Below are positions 47,258 to 57,689 of a DNA stretch of 64,000 bases, in pieces. The position numbers and the translations under genes were made by a program. The stretch's first letter is position 1. Every line of letters starts with the position of its first letter. The notes beneath the pieces were generated by a model. The model made no database searches, was not told the origin of the DNA, and saw only the letters and a list, made by a program, of their open reading frames with translations. This stretch comes from Gammaproteobacteria bacterium (lineage in GTDB: Bacteria; Pseudomonadota; Gammaproteobacteria; HyVt-429), in NCBI GenBank assembly GCA_013152415.1, contig JAADGI010000019.1, positions 130,000 to 193,999 of the forward strand, given 5' to 3'.

Positions 47258-48337
47258 TCACTGTGATCCCCTGCCCCAATTCAACACACCCGTTGCCGTA
47301 ATATCATCAAATATCTGCGCCCCCAGATCTTTCTTTGTCTGTGCCGGCAATAACAGATCCTGTGGGCGATTGCGTAAAAGCGCCAAAAAAATTGACACCA
47401 ACTCCGGATCACGCCACCCTTTTTGTTTCTCTTCCTCAAAAATCGTAATGACTTCGTCCTTTGATAAGGCCTTTTTGTAGGGTCGTTCACTCACAAGTGC
47501 GTCATAAATATCTACAATCTGAAACACACGAGCCAGTAGCTGAATCTCCTCACCCTTCAGTCCATCGGGGTATCCACCACCATCCCAACGTTCATGGTGC
47601 TGCCGGATGATAGGTAAAGTAAGTTTCATACTTTTCAAACCACCACAAAGGTGGCTACCAATAGTTGAATGCTGGCGCATGATATGCCATTCCTTATCAT
47701 CAAGTGGCCCCTTTTTAAGCAGGATACTATCCGGTATGCCCAGCTTACCGATGTCATGCAACACACCTCCTCGTCTTAGCGCAAGGAGCTCTTGTGAGCT
47801 GAGCCCGAGCTCCTTTCCAAAAACCACAACCATATGCTCAAGGCGCGAACAATGGTCACCGGTTATCTCATCTTTTGCTTCCACCATACGCGCCAAAGCA
47901 AACAGTATAGACTCCATATTGTCCAATTGATCCGTTATACGTTTATTATTTGCGGCCGCTCTCACCCTGGCAACCATCTCCATTGGGGCATAGGGTTTGC
48001 GGATAAAGTCATTCGCACCCGCCAACAGGCTACTTTCAAGATCTTCATTTGCTGTTGTTCCAGTAACGATAATCAGCGGCAATAATGGCATATCGAGATC
48101 ACGACGGACTCGATTACAAACCTCATCACCGCTTATGCCCGGCATGAGTTTGTCCAAAAGAACCGCATCAAACTCATGATCCTTGATACAAGATAAGGCC
48201 TCATCACCCGTTTGTGCCTCCATTACCTCAAATTCTGGTGACGGTAAAATTGCCCTTCCCAGCTTCCGATGTGATTCCTGATCATCAACTATAAGTATAC
48301 GAAAAGGGTGGCTCATGGTAGTCATGCTTGCACTCAT
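47258..48337 (-). CDS. response regulator with HD-GYP domain (putative c-di-GMP phosphodiesterase)
   Basis: REC (ILIVDDQESHRKLG...DAVLLDKLMPG) followed by HD-GYP motifs (GVLHDIGKLGIP, HHERWDGGGYPDGL). Confidence 0.85.
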   Translation of the reverse strand: MSASMTTMSHPFRILIVDDQESHRKLGRAILPSPEFEVMEAQTGDEALSCIKDHEFDAVLLDKLMPGISGDEVCNRVRRDLDMPLLPLIIVTGTTANEDLESSLLAGANDFIRKPYAPMEMVARVRAAANNKRITDQLDNMESILFALARMVEAKDEITGDHCSRLEHMVVVFGKELGLSSQELLALRRGGVLHDIGKLGIPDSILLKKGPLDDKEWHIMRQHSTIGSHLCGGLKSMKLTLPIIRQHHERWDGGGYPDGLKGEEIQLLARVFQIVDIYDALVSERPYKKALSKDEVITIFEEEKQKGWRDPELVSIFLALLRNRPQDLLLPAQTKKDLGAQIFDDITATGVLNWGRGSQ

Positions 48338-48364
48338 ATTTAAAATATTCGTTAATATTCCTAC

Positions 48365-48949
48365 TTATCGATTTAAGCCAAGATGTTTGATCAACACTTG
48401 TTCATCAATCGGTTTGGGTAAACATACTTCTGCACCAGCAGCCAGAATGTTTTCAATGTTTTCCGGTGAGGGATAACCGGTCATGGCAATGACGCGTATT
48501 GCTTTTGTATTGGGTTCTGTTTTTAATAAATGGCAAACTTGAAAACCATTTAAGCCCGGCATCATTAAATCCAGCAAAACGACGTGAGGTTCAAACTCAC
48601 GGACCTTGAAACCTGCTGCAAACCCATCACCGGCAGTTTCTGTAATAGCTTCATTCTGAAACCCATTCAGGACTTCTACCAAATAACGCATTAACTGCTC
48701 ATCATCATCTACGATGAGAATCCGTAAAGCACCATTATTGCCCGGATTCAAAGTCAAGCCTCTATCCCGCGCAAAGCGTTCCACCTCACCAGGGAGAAAG
48801 CGGCGATGCCCACCTGGGGTGGTTAATGCATTTAAATCGCCCTTTTCTGCCCATTGCCGAACCGCAGTTGGGGAAACCATCAACAATTCAGCGACCTGAT
48901 TGGGTGTTAAATATGATTTCGAAACTACTTTCTTTCTTAGCTTAGCCAC
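48365..48949 (-). CDS. response regulator with N-terminal excisionase/MerR-type HTH (HTH_17-like) and C-terminal REC
   Basis: LTPNQVAELLMVSPTAVRQWAEKGDLNALTTPGGHRRF matches the excisionase-family DNA-binding pattern. RILIVDDDEQLM...VVLLDLMMPG...AMTGY matches a receiver domain. Confidence 0.75.
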   Translation of the reverse strand: MAKLRKKVVSKSYLTPNQVAELLMVSPTAVRQWAEKGDLNALTTPGGHRRFLPGEVERFARDRGLTLNPGNNGALRILIVDDDEQLMRYLVEVLNGFQNEAITETAGDGFAAGFKVREFEPHVVLLDLMMPGLNGFQVCHLLKTEPNTKAIRVIAMTGYPSPENIENILAAGAEVCLPKPIDEQVLIKHLGLNR

Positions 48950-49180
48950 ACTTGTACGAACCTCCTCTTCAACAAATAAACCCGACAGTCACCATTATAC
49001 TTCGGCTCTTGTGGTTTTCTAATTTTTTTCGATTTTTACGCTTTTACTATGTGTATGTTCTCGGCCCTGGATAAAAAAGCTTTAGCCTTTGCAGGCTCAT
49101 AGCACAGAAATAAATACATAACTATTTGTTTTTATTGAATATCCTGAGTTACCACTACTGCTGTTTTTCGAGACCTCTAT

Positions 49181-49310
49181 AGCAATAACGATAATATCGG
49201 TAATAACGCTAAAAACTTCATAAAAGACTAAAGATACCGCATGAGAAGACGATAGTACTACTACCAATCGCTATTTTCATAAATACCGTTAATACCGTTA
49301 TTTTCGCTAT
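49181..49310. promoter_or_regulatory. repeat-rich AT-rich divergent promoter region between the regulator/kinase operon and the che operon
   Basis: AATAACGATAATATCGGTAATAACGCT contains two ATAACG half-sites and an 11-bp palindrome CGATAATATCG. A tandem repeat ATACCGTTA occurs twice, and is the reverse complement of TAACGGTAT. Confidence 0.3.
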
Positions 49311-49506
49311 ACCTTCTACTGGATACAGACGAGCGCCGTTCAGGATACGAGCACGAGGGGAAACTGAGCAGAAAAGGAAAAAGATTATGTCTCAACAACT
49401 CCGGCGAGAATATTTTGAAATTGGAATCTGGGGTCTATGTGCCTAAACCCGTAGAACCCAACGATATGTTTCAGTTTCTTGTACTGAATAAAGCTTATTC
49501 AGCAAG

Positions 49507-49812
49507 GTGATACGAGAACCAAAGGATAATCTTATGCGAAATCATAAAAAAGAAATGGCATCACTTAAATTTGAAGGCGATTGCACAATATATGAAGTAA
49601 CGGAACACTATAAAAGAATTATGGAGGCGATCACCGACACTTCGAATATCAAACTGGATCTCATGGAAGTAGAAACTATCGATAGTTCTTTTATTCAACT
49701 ATTAATTTACACGCAGATAGAGGCCAATAGAAATGAAACACTAATTGATATTAGTGCAAATAAAAAAGTAACTGATTTTATGGCAATGCTTACCCACTGC
49801 AAGCACTGCTAA
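49507..49812 (+). CDS. STAS-domain protein (anti-sigma-antagonist-like), first gene of the che operon
   Basis: About 85-100 aa. SLKFEGDCTIYEVTEHYKRIMEAITD...IKLDLMEVETIDSSFIQLL matches the SpoIIAA/STAS pattern. The start may be at an internal Met. Confidence 0.6.
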   Translation: MIREPKDNLMRNHKKEMASLKFEGDCTIYEVTEHYKRIMEAITDTSNIKLDLMEVETIDSSFIQLLIYTQIEANRNETLIDISANKKVTDFMAMLTHCKHC

Positions 49813-49851
49813 CTGAAAATCAATATCAAGACTGATCACGGAGAATAGGCA

Positions 49852-52047
49852 ATGTCATTTGATGAAAACACGCAAATATTTATTGCCGAAAGTAACGAAT
49901 TATTGAACGACATGGAAAATGCTTTGTTGGAATTGGAACGCTCACCGAATGATATAGACCTGATCAATCGTGTATTCAGAGCAGCACATACGATAAAAGG
50001 ATCTGCTGGCTTATTCGGCTTTAGCCATATTATTTCATTTACTCATGTTGTTGAGAACCTTCTAGATGATGTACGTAAGTGCACCGTACCAGTCAATAAT
50101 GACCTGATAAGCCTGTTTATGCGGGTAAAGGACCACATGGTTAGCATGATCCAAAACCTAGTGGATGAAACACCGACAGATGAGAATGAAGAAATAATTT
50201 TATTGCGGATGCTAAATGCCTCAAAGGCAGATAAAAATAACGAAAAACAGGAGACAATAACAAAAACGACTATCACACACGAAGAGCACCAAAGTGGGAA
50301 TCTGGTGGTAAGTGATCACTGGCATATTTCAATACGCTTGGGAACAGACACTTTCCGCCAGGGATTTAAGCCCCAACTTATATTCGAACAATTAACAGAG
50401 ATGGGAGAAATTATCTCAGCGAAACTAGTAACCGATTCAATCCCCCTACTCGAAAACTATGATCCTGAGAGTTGCTATCTAGGGTGGGAGATACTTCTTA
50501 AAACTGATGTTGATAAAAATACAATTTCCGGAATATTTGACTTTTTTCATGGTGCCAAAATATCAATTCTACCCCCCAAATCGCTCATATCAGACTATCA
50601 GGACATGCTGGAGAGTTTAGCAGGCGGTGATGAGGCATTGGGCAAGATACTGGTTGAAATTGGTGCGCTTACGGGAAGTGAGTTGCAGCAGGCATTGAAT
50701 CAGCAAAAAGAAAGCGGGGGATTAACGGGTGATATTCTAATTGAGCAAGGTGCTGTTCAACCGGAGGTGGTTAATAGCGCGGTTAAAAAACAACAACAAA
50801 CAAGGGCTGAAAAACAACGTGAATTAAATTTTGTACGTGTCGACTCAAAAAAACTTGACAAATTAGTCACACTCGTTGGTGAGCTTGTGATCAATGGAGC
50901 AAAGGTGTCGCAATTGGCATCTTATCACAAGAACGAAGATCTTAATGGGTCCTTGGAGGAAATGACACTGACACTGGAAGACATGCGGGAAACGGCTCTG
51001 GGGCTACGCATGGTACCTATAGCCAATAGCTTCAACCGTTTTCATCGTGTAATACGTGATACCTCAAAAGAACTAAACAAAAAAATCAGATTGGAAATCA
51101 TTGGTGGTGAAACTGAACTAGATAAAACAGTTATTGAGAGAATAGGTGATCCACTTATGCATCTTATCCGTAATTCAATGGATCATGGTATTGAATCGCC
51201 AATAGAGCGCACCAAAGCAGGTAAACCGGAAGAAGGTGTTATAGAACTCAAGGCATTTCATGAAACCGGTACCATCGTTATTAAGGTAAGCGATGATGGT
51301 GGCGGTCTGAATCCCCAAAAGCTTTTAAAGATCGCCAAAGAGCGCGGAGTGCTAAGGGATGATCAATCACTGTCCGAAAACGAAATTTACAAGCTAATAT
51401 TTGAGCCAGGTTTTTCTACCGCCGAATCGGTCAGTAATATATCCGGACGCGGTGTTGGTATGGATGTGGTAAGGCGTAATATCGAGTCATTACGGGGTTC
51501 TATCTCGGTAAATTCCACACTGGGAAAAGGTGTGACAATGACAATCCGCCTACCATTAACTCTCGCTATTATAGATGGTTTTCACATTTGTGTTTCTAAT
51601 GAATCGTTCATTATACCACTGGATATGTTGGATGAATGCGTAACTATGACGGAAACTCAAAAGCAAGAGGCCGATCTTCATAACTATATTAACTTGCGTG
51701 ATGAGGTACTGCCGTTAATACATATGAATAATTATTTCGGCTTGAGTCCAAAAGCAGAAACAGCAACACGAATGAACATAGTTGTGGTGAAATTTGCGGG
51801 CAGAAAACTAGGGTTGCTAGTAGATAAGCTTCATGGTGAAGCGCAGGCTGTAGTCAAACCATTAGGAAGAGTTTTTCAAGGTGTTAGAGGATTTGCCGGC
51901 TTCACCATACTGGGTAGTGGACAGTTGGCCTTGGTTCTGGACATCCAGGATCTAGCCAAATCCGCCATTGAACACGAGCAACTTGAACAATACCAACAAC
52001 TTCGATCTGCTAAAAATTCGGTCGATCAAACTTTATCTATTCACTAG
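49852..52047 (+). CDS. cheA: chemotaxis histidine kinase CheA with an inserted MshEN-like tandem motif
   Basis: The Hpt P1 domain (AAHTIKGSAGLFGF), dimerisation domain, HATPase (HLIRNSMDHGIE; GRGVGMDVV) and C-terminal CheW-like P5 are present. Residues 264-310 (GKILVEIGALTGSELQQALNQQKESGGLTGDILIEQGAV) resemble the two-part GspE-N/MshEN motif. Confidence 0.9.
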   Translation: MSFDENTQIFIAESNELLNDMENALLELERSPNDIDLINRVFRAAHTIKGSAGLFGFSHIISFTHVVENLLDDVRKCTVPVNNDLISLFMRVKDHMVSMIQNLVDETPTDENEEIILLRMLNASKADKNNEKQETITKTTITHEEHQSGNLVVSDHWHISIRLGTDTFRQGFKPQLIFEQLTEMGEIISAKLVTDSIPLLENYDPESCYLGWEILLKTDVDKNTISGIFDFFHGAKISILPPKSLISDYQDMLESLAGGDEALGKILVEIGALTGSELQQALNQQKESGGLTGDILIEQGAVQPEVVNSAVKKQQQTRAEKQRELNFVRVDSKKLDKLVTLVGELVINGAKVSQLASYHKNEDLNGSLEEMTLTLEDMRETALGLRMVPIANSFNRFHRVIRDTSKELNKKIRLEIIGGETELDKTVIERIGDPLMHLIRNSMDHGIESPIERTKAGKPEEGVIELKAFHETGTIVIKVSDDGGGLNPQKLLKIAKERGVLRDDQSLSENEIYKLIFEPGFSTAESVSNISGRGVGMDVVRRNIESLRGSISVNSTLGKGVTMTIRLPLTLAIIDGFHICVSNESFIIPLDMLDECVTMTETQKQEADLHNYINLRDEVLPLIHMNNYFGLSPKAETATRMNIVVVKFAGRKLGLLVDKLHGEAQAVVKPLGRVFQGVRGFAGFTILGSGQLALVLDIQDLAKSAIEHEQLEQYQQLRSAKNSVDQTLSIH

Positions 52048-52074
52048 TAAATGTATTCCAGTCAGGAGAATTTT

Positions 52075-54096
52075 ATGAAACTCATCGACAATCTAAAGAT
52101 GCGAAATAAGTTTGCATTAATGCTGGTGTTCCCCGTCTTAGGTCTGATTTATTTTGCCATCGCAGAGATATTTATTGAATACAACACCTTGCAGGAAATG
52201 GAGAGAGTTGAGCAACTTTCTACCTATGGGGTCGAAGCCAGTAATCTGGTGCATGAGATACAAAAAGAGCGTGGCATGACCGCAGGTTACCTGGCATCCA
52301 AAGCTAAGAAATTCTCCACTGAGTTGCCCAAGCAACGTAGTATGGTTGACAAACGCCTGGTCACATTAAAGGCCCACCTGAGAGACCATAATACCAAAGA
52401 TTTTGGTGGTGAAAAACTAACCCAGAGAGTCAATGCAATTCTCGGTCTCCTAAGTAATTTACAAGTTAAACGTGAAGAAATTACTGGCCTAAATATCAAG
52501 CAAAAAGATGCAATTGCTTACTTTACCAGCATTAACACTAAGTTACTTGATTCCGTTAGCCTGGTTGCAAGTTTAAGCACTACGGCAGAGATCAACAAGC
52601 TAGCCTCAGCCTATGTTAATTTTTTACAGGCCAAGGAGCGCGCAGGAATTGAACGTGCTGTAATTACAGGTGCATTCGGTGCCGACAAATTTAACGAGGG
52701 TGGTTATGAAAAATTCCTCTCACTTGTTGTGATGCAAGATACTTACATCAATGTATTCAGGTCATTTGCAAATGAAGCCCAGTTAGAGTTTATGGAAGAA
52801 ACCGTAAAAGGTTATGACATTAATGAAGTTGCTCGCTTACGCAGGATAGCCGGTGATGTAGATTCTAGAGAAAAGGGCTTCAATATTGATGCTGCCCACT
52901 GGTTTAAGGTCAGTACTGGGCGTATCAACTTATTAAAGAAAGTCGAAGACTATCTGGCTAATAATCTTTCAGAACGTACAGAAAAATTATTCTTATCAGC
53001 GAACAAAAATTTTGTTAGTGCAATATCCATATCCTCAATCGTTACACTGGTTACATTTCTATTCACATTTCTCGTTGTTCGTGGTGTCACCAGACCATTA
53101 AGTGACGCATTGCTACGGATGAGAGACATTGCAGAAGGGGAAGGCGATCTTACCAAGCGCATCGAAATTAAATCAACGGATGAGATTGGCCAATTATGTG
53201 GTGCAGCCAATACATTCATTGAAAAAATACATGGTGTAATCAGCAATGTCATAGTTAGCTCATCGGACTTGAGTGATGCTGCCAAACAAGTCAGTACTGC
53301 GTCACAGGATCTATCGAGCGGCTCTTCAGAACAAGCGGCCAGTGTTGAGGAAACCTCTTCCTCACTAGAACAAATAAGTGCAACGGTAAATCAGAATGCT
53401 GGCAACGCAAAACAAACTGAGGCCATGGCAACAACAGCTTCTAATCAAGCTGAAAAAGGTGGTGAACAGGTAGCGGAAACCGTTATTGCTATGAAGGATA
53501 TTGCAGAGAAAATTGCCATCATTGAAGATATTGCCTACCAAACCAATTTACTGGCACTCAATGCAGCTATCGAGGCTGCACGCGCAGGGGAGCATGGCAA
53601 GGGATTTGCAGTTGTAGCAACGGAAGTACGCAAGCTGGCAGGCCGCAGTGAATCAGCCGCTGGTGATATCAGCTCACTGGCAAAAAATAGCGTGAGCATT
53701 GCTGAGGGTGCAGGAAAATTACTGGAAGAAATCGTCCCCAGTATCAAGAAAACGGCAGACCTGGTTCAGGAGATCAGCGCATCGAGTGGAGAGCAAGCCA
53801 GTGGCATTGGTGAAATAAACAGTGCCATGGGGCAACTGGATACGGTCACTCAGAATAATGCGGCTTTGGCAGAGGAGCTATCAGCAACCGCAGAGGAAAT
53901 GAGCGCACAAACACAGGCATTGAGTGACATGATGAGCTTCTTCACAGTCGAAGATGGCACTGTTAAATCCAAGCCTATGCCCATTCGGGCCTCGGTAACG
54001 GAACTAAAACCCAAATTAGAAATTAAGAGAGTGATTGAGGGGCATGTTGCTACTGCGAGCAATATGGCTGTTCCCGAAGGATTTCAACGCTATTAG
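52075..54096 (+). CDS. methyl-accepting chemotaxis protein with periplasmic NIT-like sensor domain
   Basis: RBS AGGAGA lies 6 nt before the ATG at 52075. TM1, then about 270 aa periplasmic with an [11 protein letters not shown] motif (NIT-like), then TM2, HAMP, and an MCP signalling domain ([35 protein letters not shown]). Confidence 0.8.
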   Translation: MKLIDNLKMRNKFALMLVFPVLGLIYFAIAEIFIEYNTLQEMERVEQLSTYGVEASNLVHEIQKERGMTAGYLASKAKKFSTELPKQRSMVDKRLVTLKAHLRDHNTKDFGGEKLTQRVNAILGLLSNLQVKREEITGLNIKQKDAIAYFTSINTKLLDSVSLVASLSTTAEINKLASAYVNFLQAKERAGIERAVITGAFGADKFNEGGYEKFLSLVVMQDTYINVFRSFANEAQLEFMEETVKGYDINEVARLRRIAGDVDSREKGFNIDAAHWFKVSTGRINLLKKVEDYLANNLSERTEKLFLSANKNFVSAISISSIVTLVTFLFTFLVVRGVTRPLSDALLRMRDIAEGEGDLTKRIEIKSTDEIGQLCGAANTFIEKIHGVISNVIVSSSDLSDAAKQVSTASQDLSSGSSEQAASVEETSSSLEQISATVNQNAGNAKQTEAMATTASNQAEKGGEQVAETVIAMKDIAEKIAIIEDIAYQTNLLALNAAIEAARAGEHGKGFAVVATEVRKLAGRSESAAGDISSLAKNSVSIAEGAGKLLEEIVPSIKKTADLVQEISASSGEQASGIGEINSAMGQLDTVTQNNAALAEELSATAEEMSAQTQALSDMMSFFTVEDGTVKSKPMPIRASVTELKPKLEIKRVIEGHVATASNMAVPEGFQRY

Positions 54097-54112
54097 TATT
54101 AGGAGCAATCCA

Positions 54113-54646
54113 ATGAATAATATTGCGCTTGAAAACATTGAACAGCCAATAGATACAAGCCAATTTCTCACCTTTATGCTGTCGGGTGAGGAATTGGCTG
54201 TATCCATCATGCAAGTCAAGGAGGTCATTGAGTACGATAGTTTGACCTCTGTACCCATGATGCCCAACTTTATCTCTGGCGCCCTTAATCTCAGAGGCAG
54301 TATTGTACCAGTTGTTAATCTCGCTATTAAATTTGGTATGCCAGTTTCTGAAATAACACACCGTAGCTGTGTTGTCATTATGGAGGTGATGCTAGATGGC
54401 GAGGAATCTGTAATCGGCATATTGGTGGATAAGGTATTGCAGGTCAACTACATCACAGACGAAGACATTCATGCGGCACCTACGCTGGGCTCTCAGATAC
54501 GGACTGACTTTATTCGTGGTATGGGCAAGCTGAAAGAACGATTTGTGACTATTCTGGCCATCAATAGAGTGTTATCAGAAGAAGAGATTGCAATAGCAGG
54601 CAATATTCAGAAAGAAGATGAAACCCTCATGGAAGCCCGCGCTTAG
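54113..54646 (+). CDS. cheW: chemotaxis coupling protein CheW
   Basis: FLTFMLSGEELAVSIMQVKEVIEY...ALNLRGSIVPVVNL matches the CheW fold pattern. The start is taken at the internal Met of track ORF 54035. Confidence 0.85.
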   Translation: MNNIALENIEQPIDTSQFLTFMLSGEELAVSIMQVKEVIEYDSLTSVPMMPNFISGALNLRGSIVPVVNLAIKFGMPVSEITHRSCVVIMEVMLDGEESVIGILVDKVLQVNYITDEDIHAAPTLGSQIRTDFIRGMGKLKERFVTILAINRVLSEEEIAIAGNIQKEDETLMEARA

Positions 54647-54658
54647 AGATTAAAGAAA

Positions 54659-55534
54659 ATGCAGACTCAAACGTTAAAGCATACAGATGAAATACAAGGC
54701 TATGATGGCATGTCAAATAGGGCACTAAAGGGCTTCCAGACTCTGATATTTAAGGTATCTGGTATCACCATGTCTGATGCTAAAAAATCTTTGATAGCAG
54801 GGCGTCTGACAAAAAGGTTACGTGCTCTTAACCTAAATAGTTATGATGAATACCTGCATTATCTGACAAAAGGAGAAGGTACACATAGCGGTGAAGTTGA
54901 AAACTTTACTAACTTATTGACAACCAATGAAACCTACTTTTACCGAGAACCTCAGCATTTTGCTTTTCTAAAGAAAGAAATTCTCTACAAACACAATTCA
55001 GACCAAGCCATACGTATCTGGAGTGCAGCCAGTTCCTCAGGAGAAGAGGCCTATACTCTAGCTATGGTCCTGGCTGAAGAGTTCGGTGCCAATGCCAACT
55101 GGATGGTAATGGGTACAGATATATCAACCAGCATGATCAAAGCTGCACAACAAGCGATATACAGCGAGCAACGTGTTCGAATGGTCCCTGATGACATTAG
55201 GTATAAATACCTATTGAAAGGGACGGGAGAATACAATGGCTATGTGTCTGTTGTGCCAGAGATAAAAAAACATGTCCACTTCGAGCACTATAACCTGGTC
55301 GAATCTACGCTTAAAACAGAACTATTCGACGTGATATTTTGCCGAAATGTGTTGATTTATTTCAACCAACAAACCAAGAAAAAAGTCATGGAAAGATTGT
55401 GCAGACAATTAAAACAAGGATCATACCTAATGACTGGCCATTCAGAATCCTTGCACGGCATGTTACCAGAACTAAAGTCTGTCAGTCCATCTGTCTATCT
55501 GAAAGCGAATCAAACAAATGGACTAATATCATGA
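54659..55534 (+). CDS. cheR: chemotaxis protein methyltransferase CheR
   Basis: The N-terminal helical domain is followed by a SAM-MTase domain (TNETYFYREPQHF, RIWSAASSSGEEAYTLAM, FCRNVLIYF). Confidence 0.85.
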   Translation: MQTQTLKHTDEIQGYDGMSNRALKGFQTLIFKVSGITMSDAKKSLIAGRLTKRLRALNLNSYDEYLHYLTKGEGTHSGEVENFTNLLTTNETYFYREPQHFAFLKKEILYKHNSDQAIRIWSAASSSGEEAYTLAMVLAEEFGANANWMVMGTDISTSMIKAAQQAIYSEQRVRMVPDDIRYKYLLKGTGEYNGYVSVVPEIKKHVHFEHYNLVESTLKTELFDVIFCRNVLIYFNQQTKKKVMERLCRQLKQGSYLMTGHSESLHGMLPELKSVSPSVYLKANQTNGLIS

Positions 55535-56622
55535 CAAAGACCATCAAGGTCATGGTTGTGGATGATTCTGCTCTGGTCAGAAAGGTCATGACTGAAGTGC
55601 TGAGCAGCGATCCAGACATCACGGTCATTGACCAGGCATCTGATCCCATATTTGCCATGCAAAAAATGGCCAAGGAAATGCCTGATGTCATGACACTGGA
55701 TATTGAGATGCCTCGCATGGACGGCATCACATTCTTACGCAAATTGATGTCTGAGAACCCCTTACCCGTTGTTATTTGCTCAAGTCTGACACATGAAAAT
55801 ACCGATACAACAGTTAGCGCGCTATGTGCAGGTGCGGTGGACATCATAACTAAACCCGCCATTGGCGTAAAAAGCTTTATAGAAGAGTCAAATATCCAAA
55901 TTATAGATTCAATCAAGGCAGCGGCTCAGGCCTGCGTCAAGAAGCGCAAGCCAGGTCACATCAACACAGAATCAAGACATTCTGCCGACGTGATGTTAAA
56001 AAAAATGAGTTCCAATAGTCATGCCATAAGTGAAACTACGGACAAAATCATCGCCATTGGTGCATCTACCGGTGGCACCGAGGCCTTGCGGCAAGTACTT
56101 AAGGCCATGCCCGCCATCACGCCCGGCATACTTGTCGTTCAACACATGCCAGAAAAATTCACAACGGCTTTTGCTGGGCACCTGAATGAAATCAGTGCAA
56201 TGGAGGTAAGAGAAGCAGTACATGGTGATCGATTGCATAACGGTCTGGTATTGCTCGCACCGGGCGGTAAACATCTGCTGCTCAAACGGAATGGAGCACA
56301 ATATCATGTCGATGTTGTAGATGGCCCTCTGGTAAATAGACACAGGCCATCGGTTGACGTTCTGTTCAGATCTGCCGCGCGCTTTGCAGGCACTAATACT
56401 AGTGCCTGCTTGATGACGGGCATGGGTGATGATGGCGCCACTGGATTAAAAGAAATAAGGGACGCAGGTGGCAGAACGTTTGCTCAGGATGAGGAAACTT
56501 CTGTCGTATTTGGCATGCCAAAAGAGGCCTGGAAACGGGGTGCGGCAGAAAAGTTACTCGCATTACAGGATATTGCACCAATGTTACTGAAAACAAGCAA
56601 ACAGGCCTCCAGGCTTAACTGA
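55531..56622 (+). CDS. cheB: chemotaxis methylesterase/deamidase CheB (REC + CheB_methylest)
   Basis: The start is at the internal Met MTKTIKVMVVDDSALV, overlapping the cheR stop (ATGA). REC is followed by the esterase domain with IIAIGASTGGTEAL and HMP motifs. Confidence 0.9.
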   Translation: MTKTIKVMVVDDSALVRKVMTEVLSSDPDITVIDQASDPIFAMQKMAKEMPDVMTLDIEMPRMDGITFLRKLMSENPLPVVICSSLTHENTDTTVSALCAGAVDIITKPAIGVKSFIEESNIQIIDSIKAAAQACVKKRKPGHINTESRHSADVMLKKMSSNSHAISETTDKIIAIGASTGGTEALRQVLKAMPAITPGILVVQHMPEKFTTAFAGHLNEISAMEVREAVHGDRLHNGLVLLAPGGKHLLLKRNGAQYHVDVVDGPLVNRHRPSVDVLFRSAARFAGTNTSACLMTGMGDDGATGLKEIRDAGGRTFAQDEETSVVFGMPKEAWKRGAAEKLLALQDIAPMLLKTSKQASRLN

Positions 56623-56642
56623 TATTCAAGAGGAGAAGGCAT

Positions 56643-57008
56643 ATGGGGAAAAAGATATTATTTGTTGATGACTCAACGTCTATGCGAGAGATCGTTGGCA
56701 TGGCAATGAGTGATGCAGGTTATGAGGTGACGACAGCGGAAGATGGGAATGATGGTGTCGGAAAAATGGAAAATGATAAGTTTGATGCCATTATTTCGGA
56801 CCTTAATATGCCAAATATGAATGGCATTGAAATGATTAAAGCTGCCAAAAATAATGCGAACAACAAATTTACACCGGTCATCATGCTAACGACAGAATCC
56901 AGCGATGACATGAAACAACAAGGCAAAGATGCAGGGGCCAAAGTCTGGATAGTAAAACCCTTTAAACCCGACCAGTTAATTGATGTTTTAAAAAAACTAT
57001 TAGGGTAA
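56643..57008 (+). CDS. cheY: chemotaxis response regulator CheY
   Basis: 121 aa single REC domain: KILFVDDSTSMREIV...DAIISDLNMPNMNGIE...KVWIVKPF. Confidence 0.85.
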   Translation: MGKKILFVDDSTSMREIVGMAMSDAGYEVTTAEDGNDGVGKMENDKFDAIISDLNMPNMNGIEMIKAAKNNANNKFTPVIMLTTESSDDMKQQGKDAGAKVWIVKPFKPDQLIDVLKKLLG

Positions 57009-57022
57009 CGCATGTAAAAGAG

Positions 57023-57625
57023 ATGAATGACTCTGTTAACCGGTATTGGGATAATCGATTTAAACGGCAAACTGTTAAGATTTTGCCGGGTGATTATTAT
57101 GTTTGTGATGGCCAAGAAATGATTGTAACGGTACTCGGATCCTGTATTTCAGCCTGCATACAGGATCAAGTGACAAAGATTGGTGGGATGAATCATTTTA
57201 TGTTGCCCACGAAGAAAGGTCACGATTATGAACAGTCTGTCAATATTACAGATGATACGGATACGGCCCGCTATGGTAATGTGGCGATGGAACGCTTAAT
57301 TAACGATATAGTAAAACTAGGTGGAAACCGTCATAGCATGAGAGCAAAGATATTTGGAGGTGGGCGCATTACCAATACACGTATAGACATTGGTGCAGGG
57401 AATATCAGTTTTGTACATGAATACCTGCATACAGAAGGGATTCAGATTTTATCTGAAGATGTGGGCAATATCTATCCCAGAAAAGTGTATTACATACCAG
57501 AGATCAATGAAGTCTATGTGAAAATAATTCAACACATGAATAATACTACTATTATAGACCGCGACATTAGCTACATACATTCACTTGATAAATATGACAC
57601 AGAAGGTCAAGTGTCTTTTTTATGA
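57023..57625 (+). CDS. cheD: chemoreceptor glutamine deamidase CheD
   Basis: [12 protein letters not shown]...GGMNHFMLP matches CheD signature motifs. Length 200 aa. Confidence 0.75.
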   Translation: MNDSVNRYWDNRFKRQTVKILPGDYYVCDGQEMIVTVLGSCISACIQDQVTKIGGMNHFMLPTKKGHDYEQSVNITDDTDTARYGNVAMERLINDIVKLGGNRHSMRAKIFGGGRITNTRIDIGAGNISFVHEYLHTEGIQILSEDVGNIYPRKVYYIPEINEVYVKIIQHMNNTTIIDRDISYIHSLDKYDTEGQVSFL

Positions 57626-57689
57626 ATGGATAGTACTGATTATTTTCCAGATTGAGTCAGGAATCAAATATTTAAAATGGGGCAAGATT

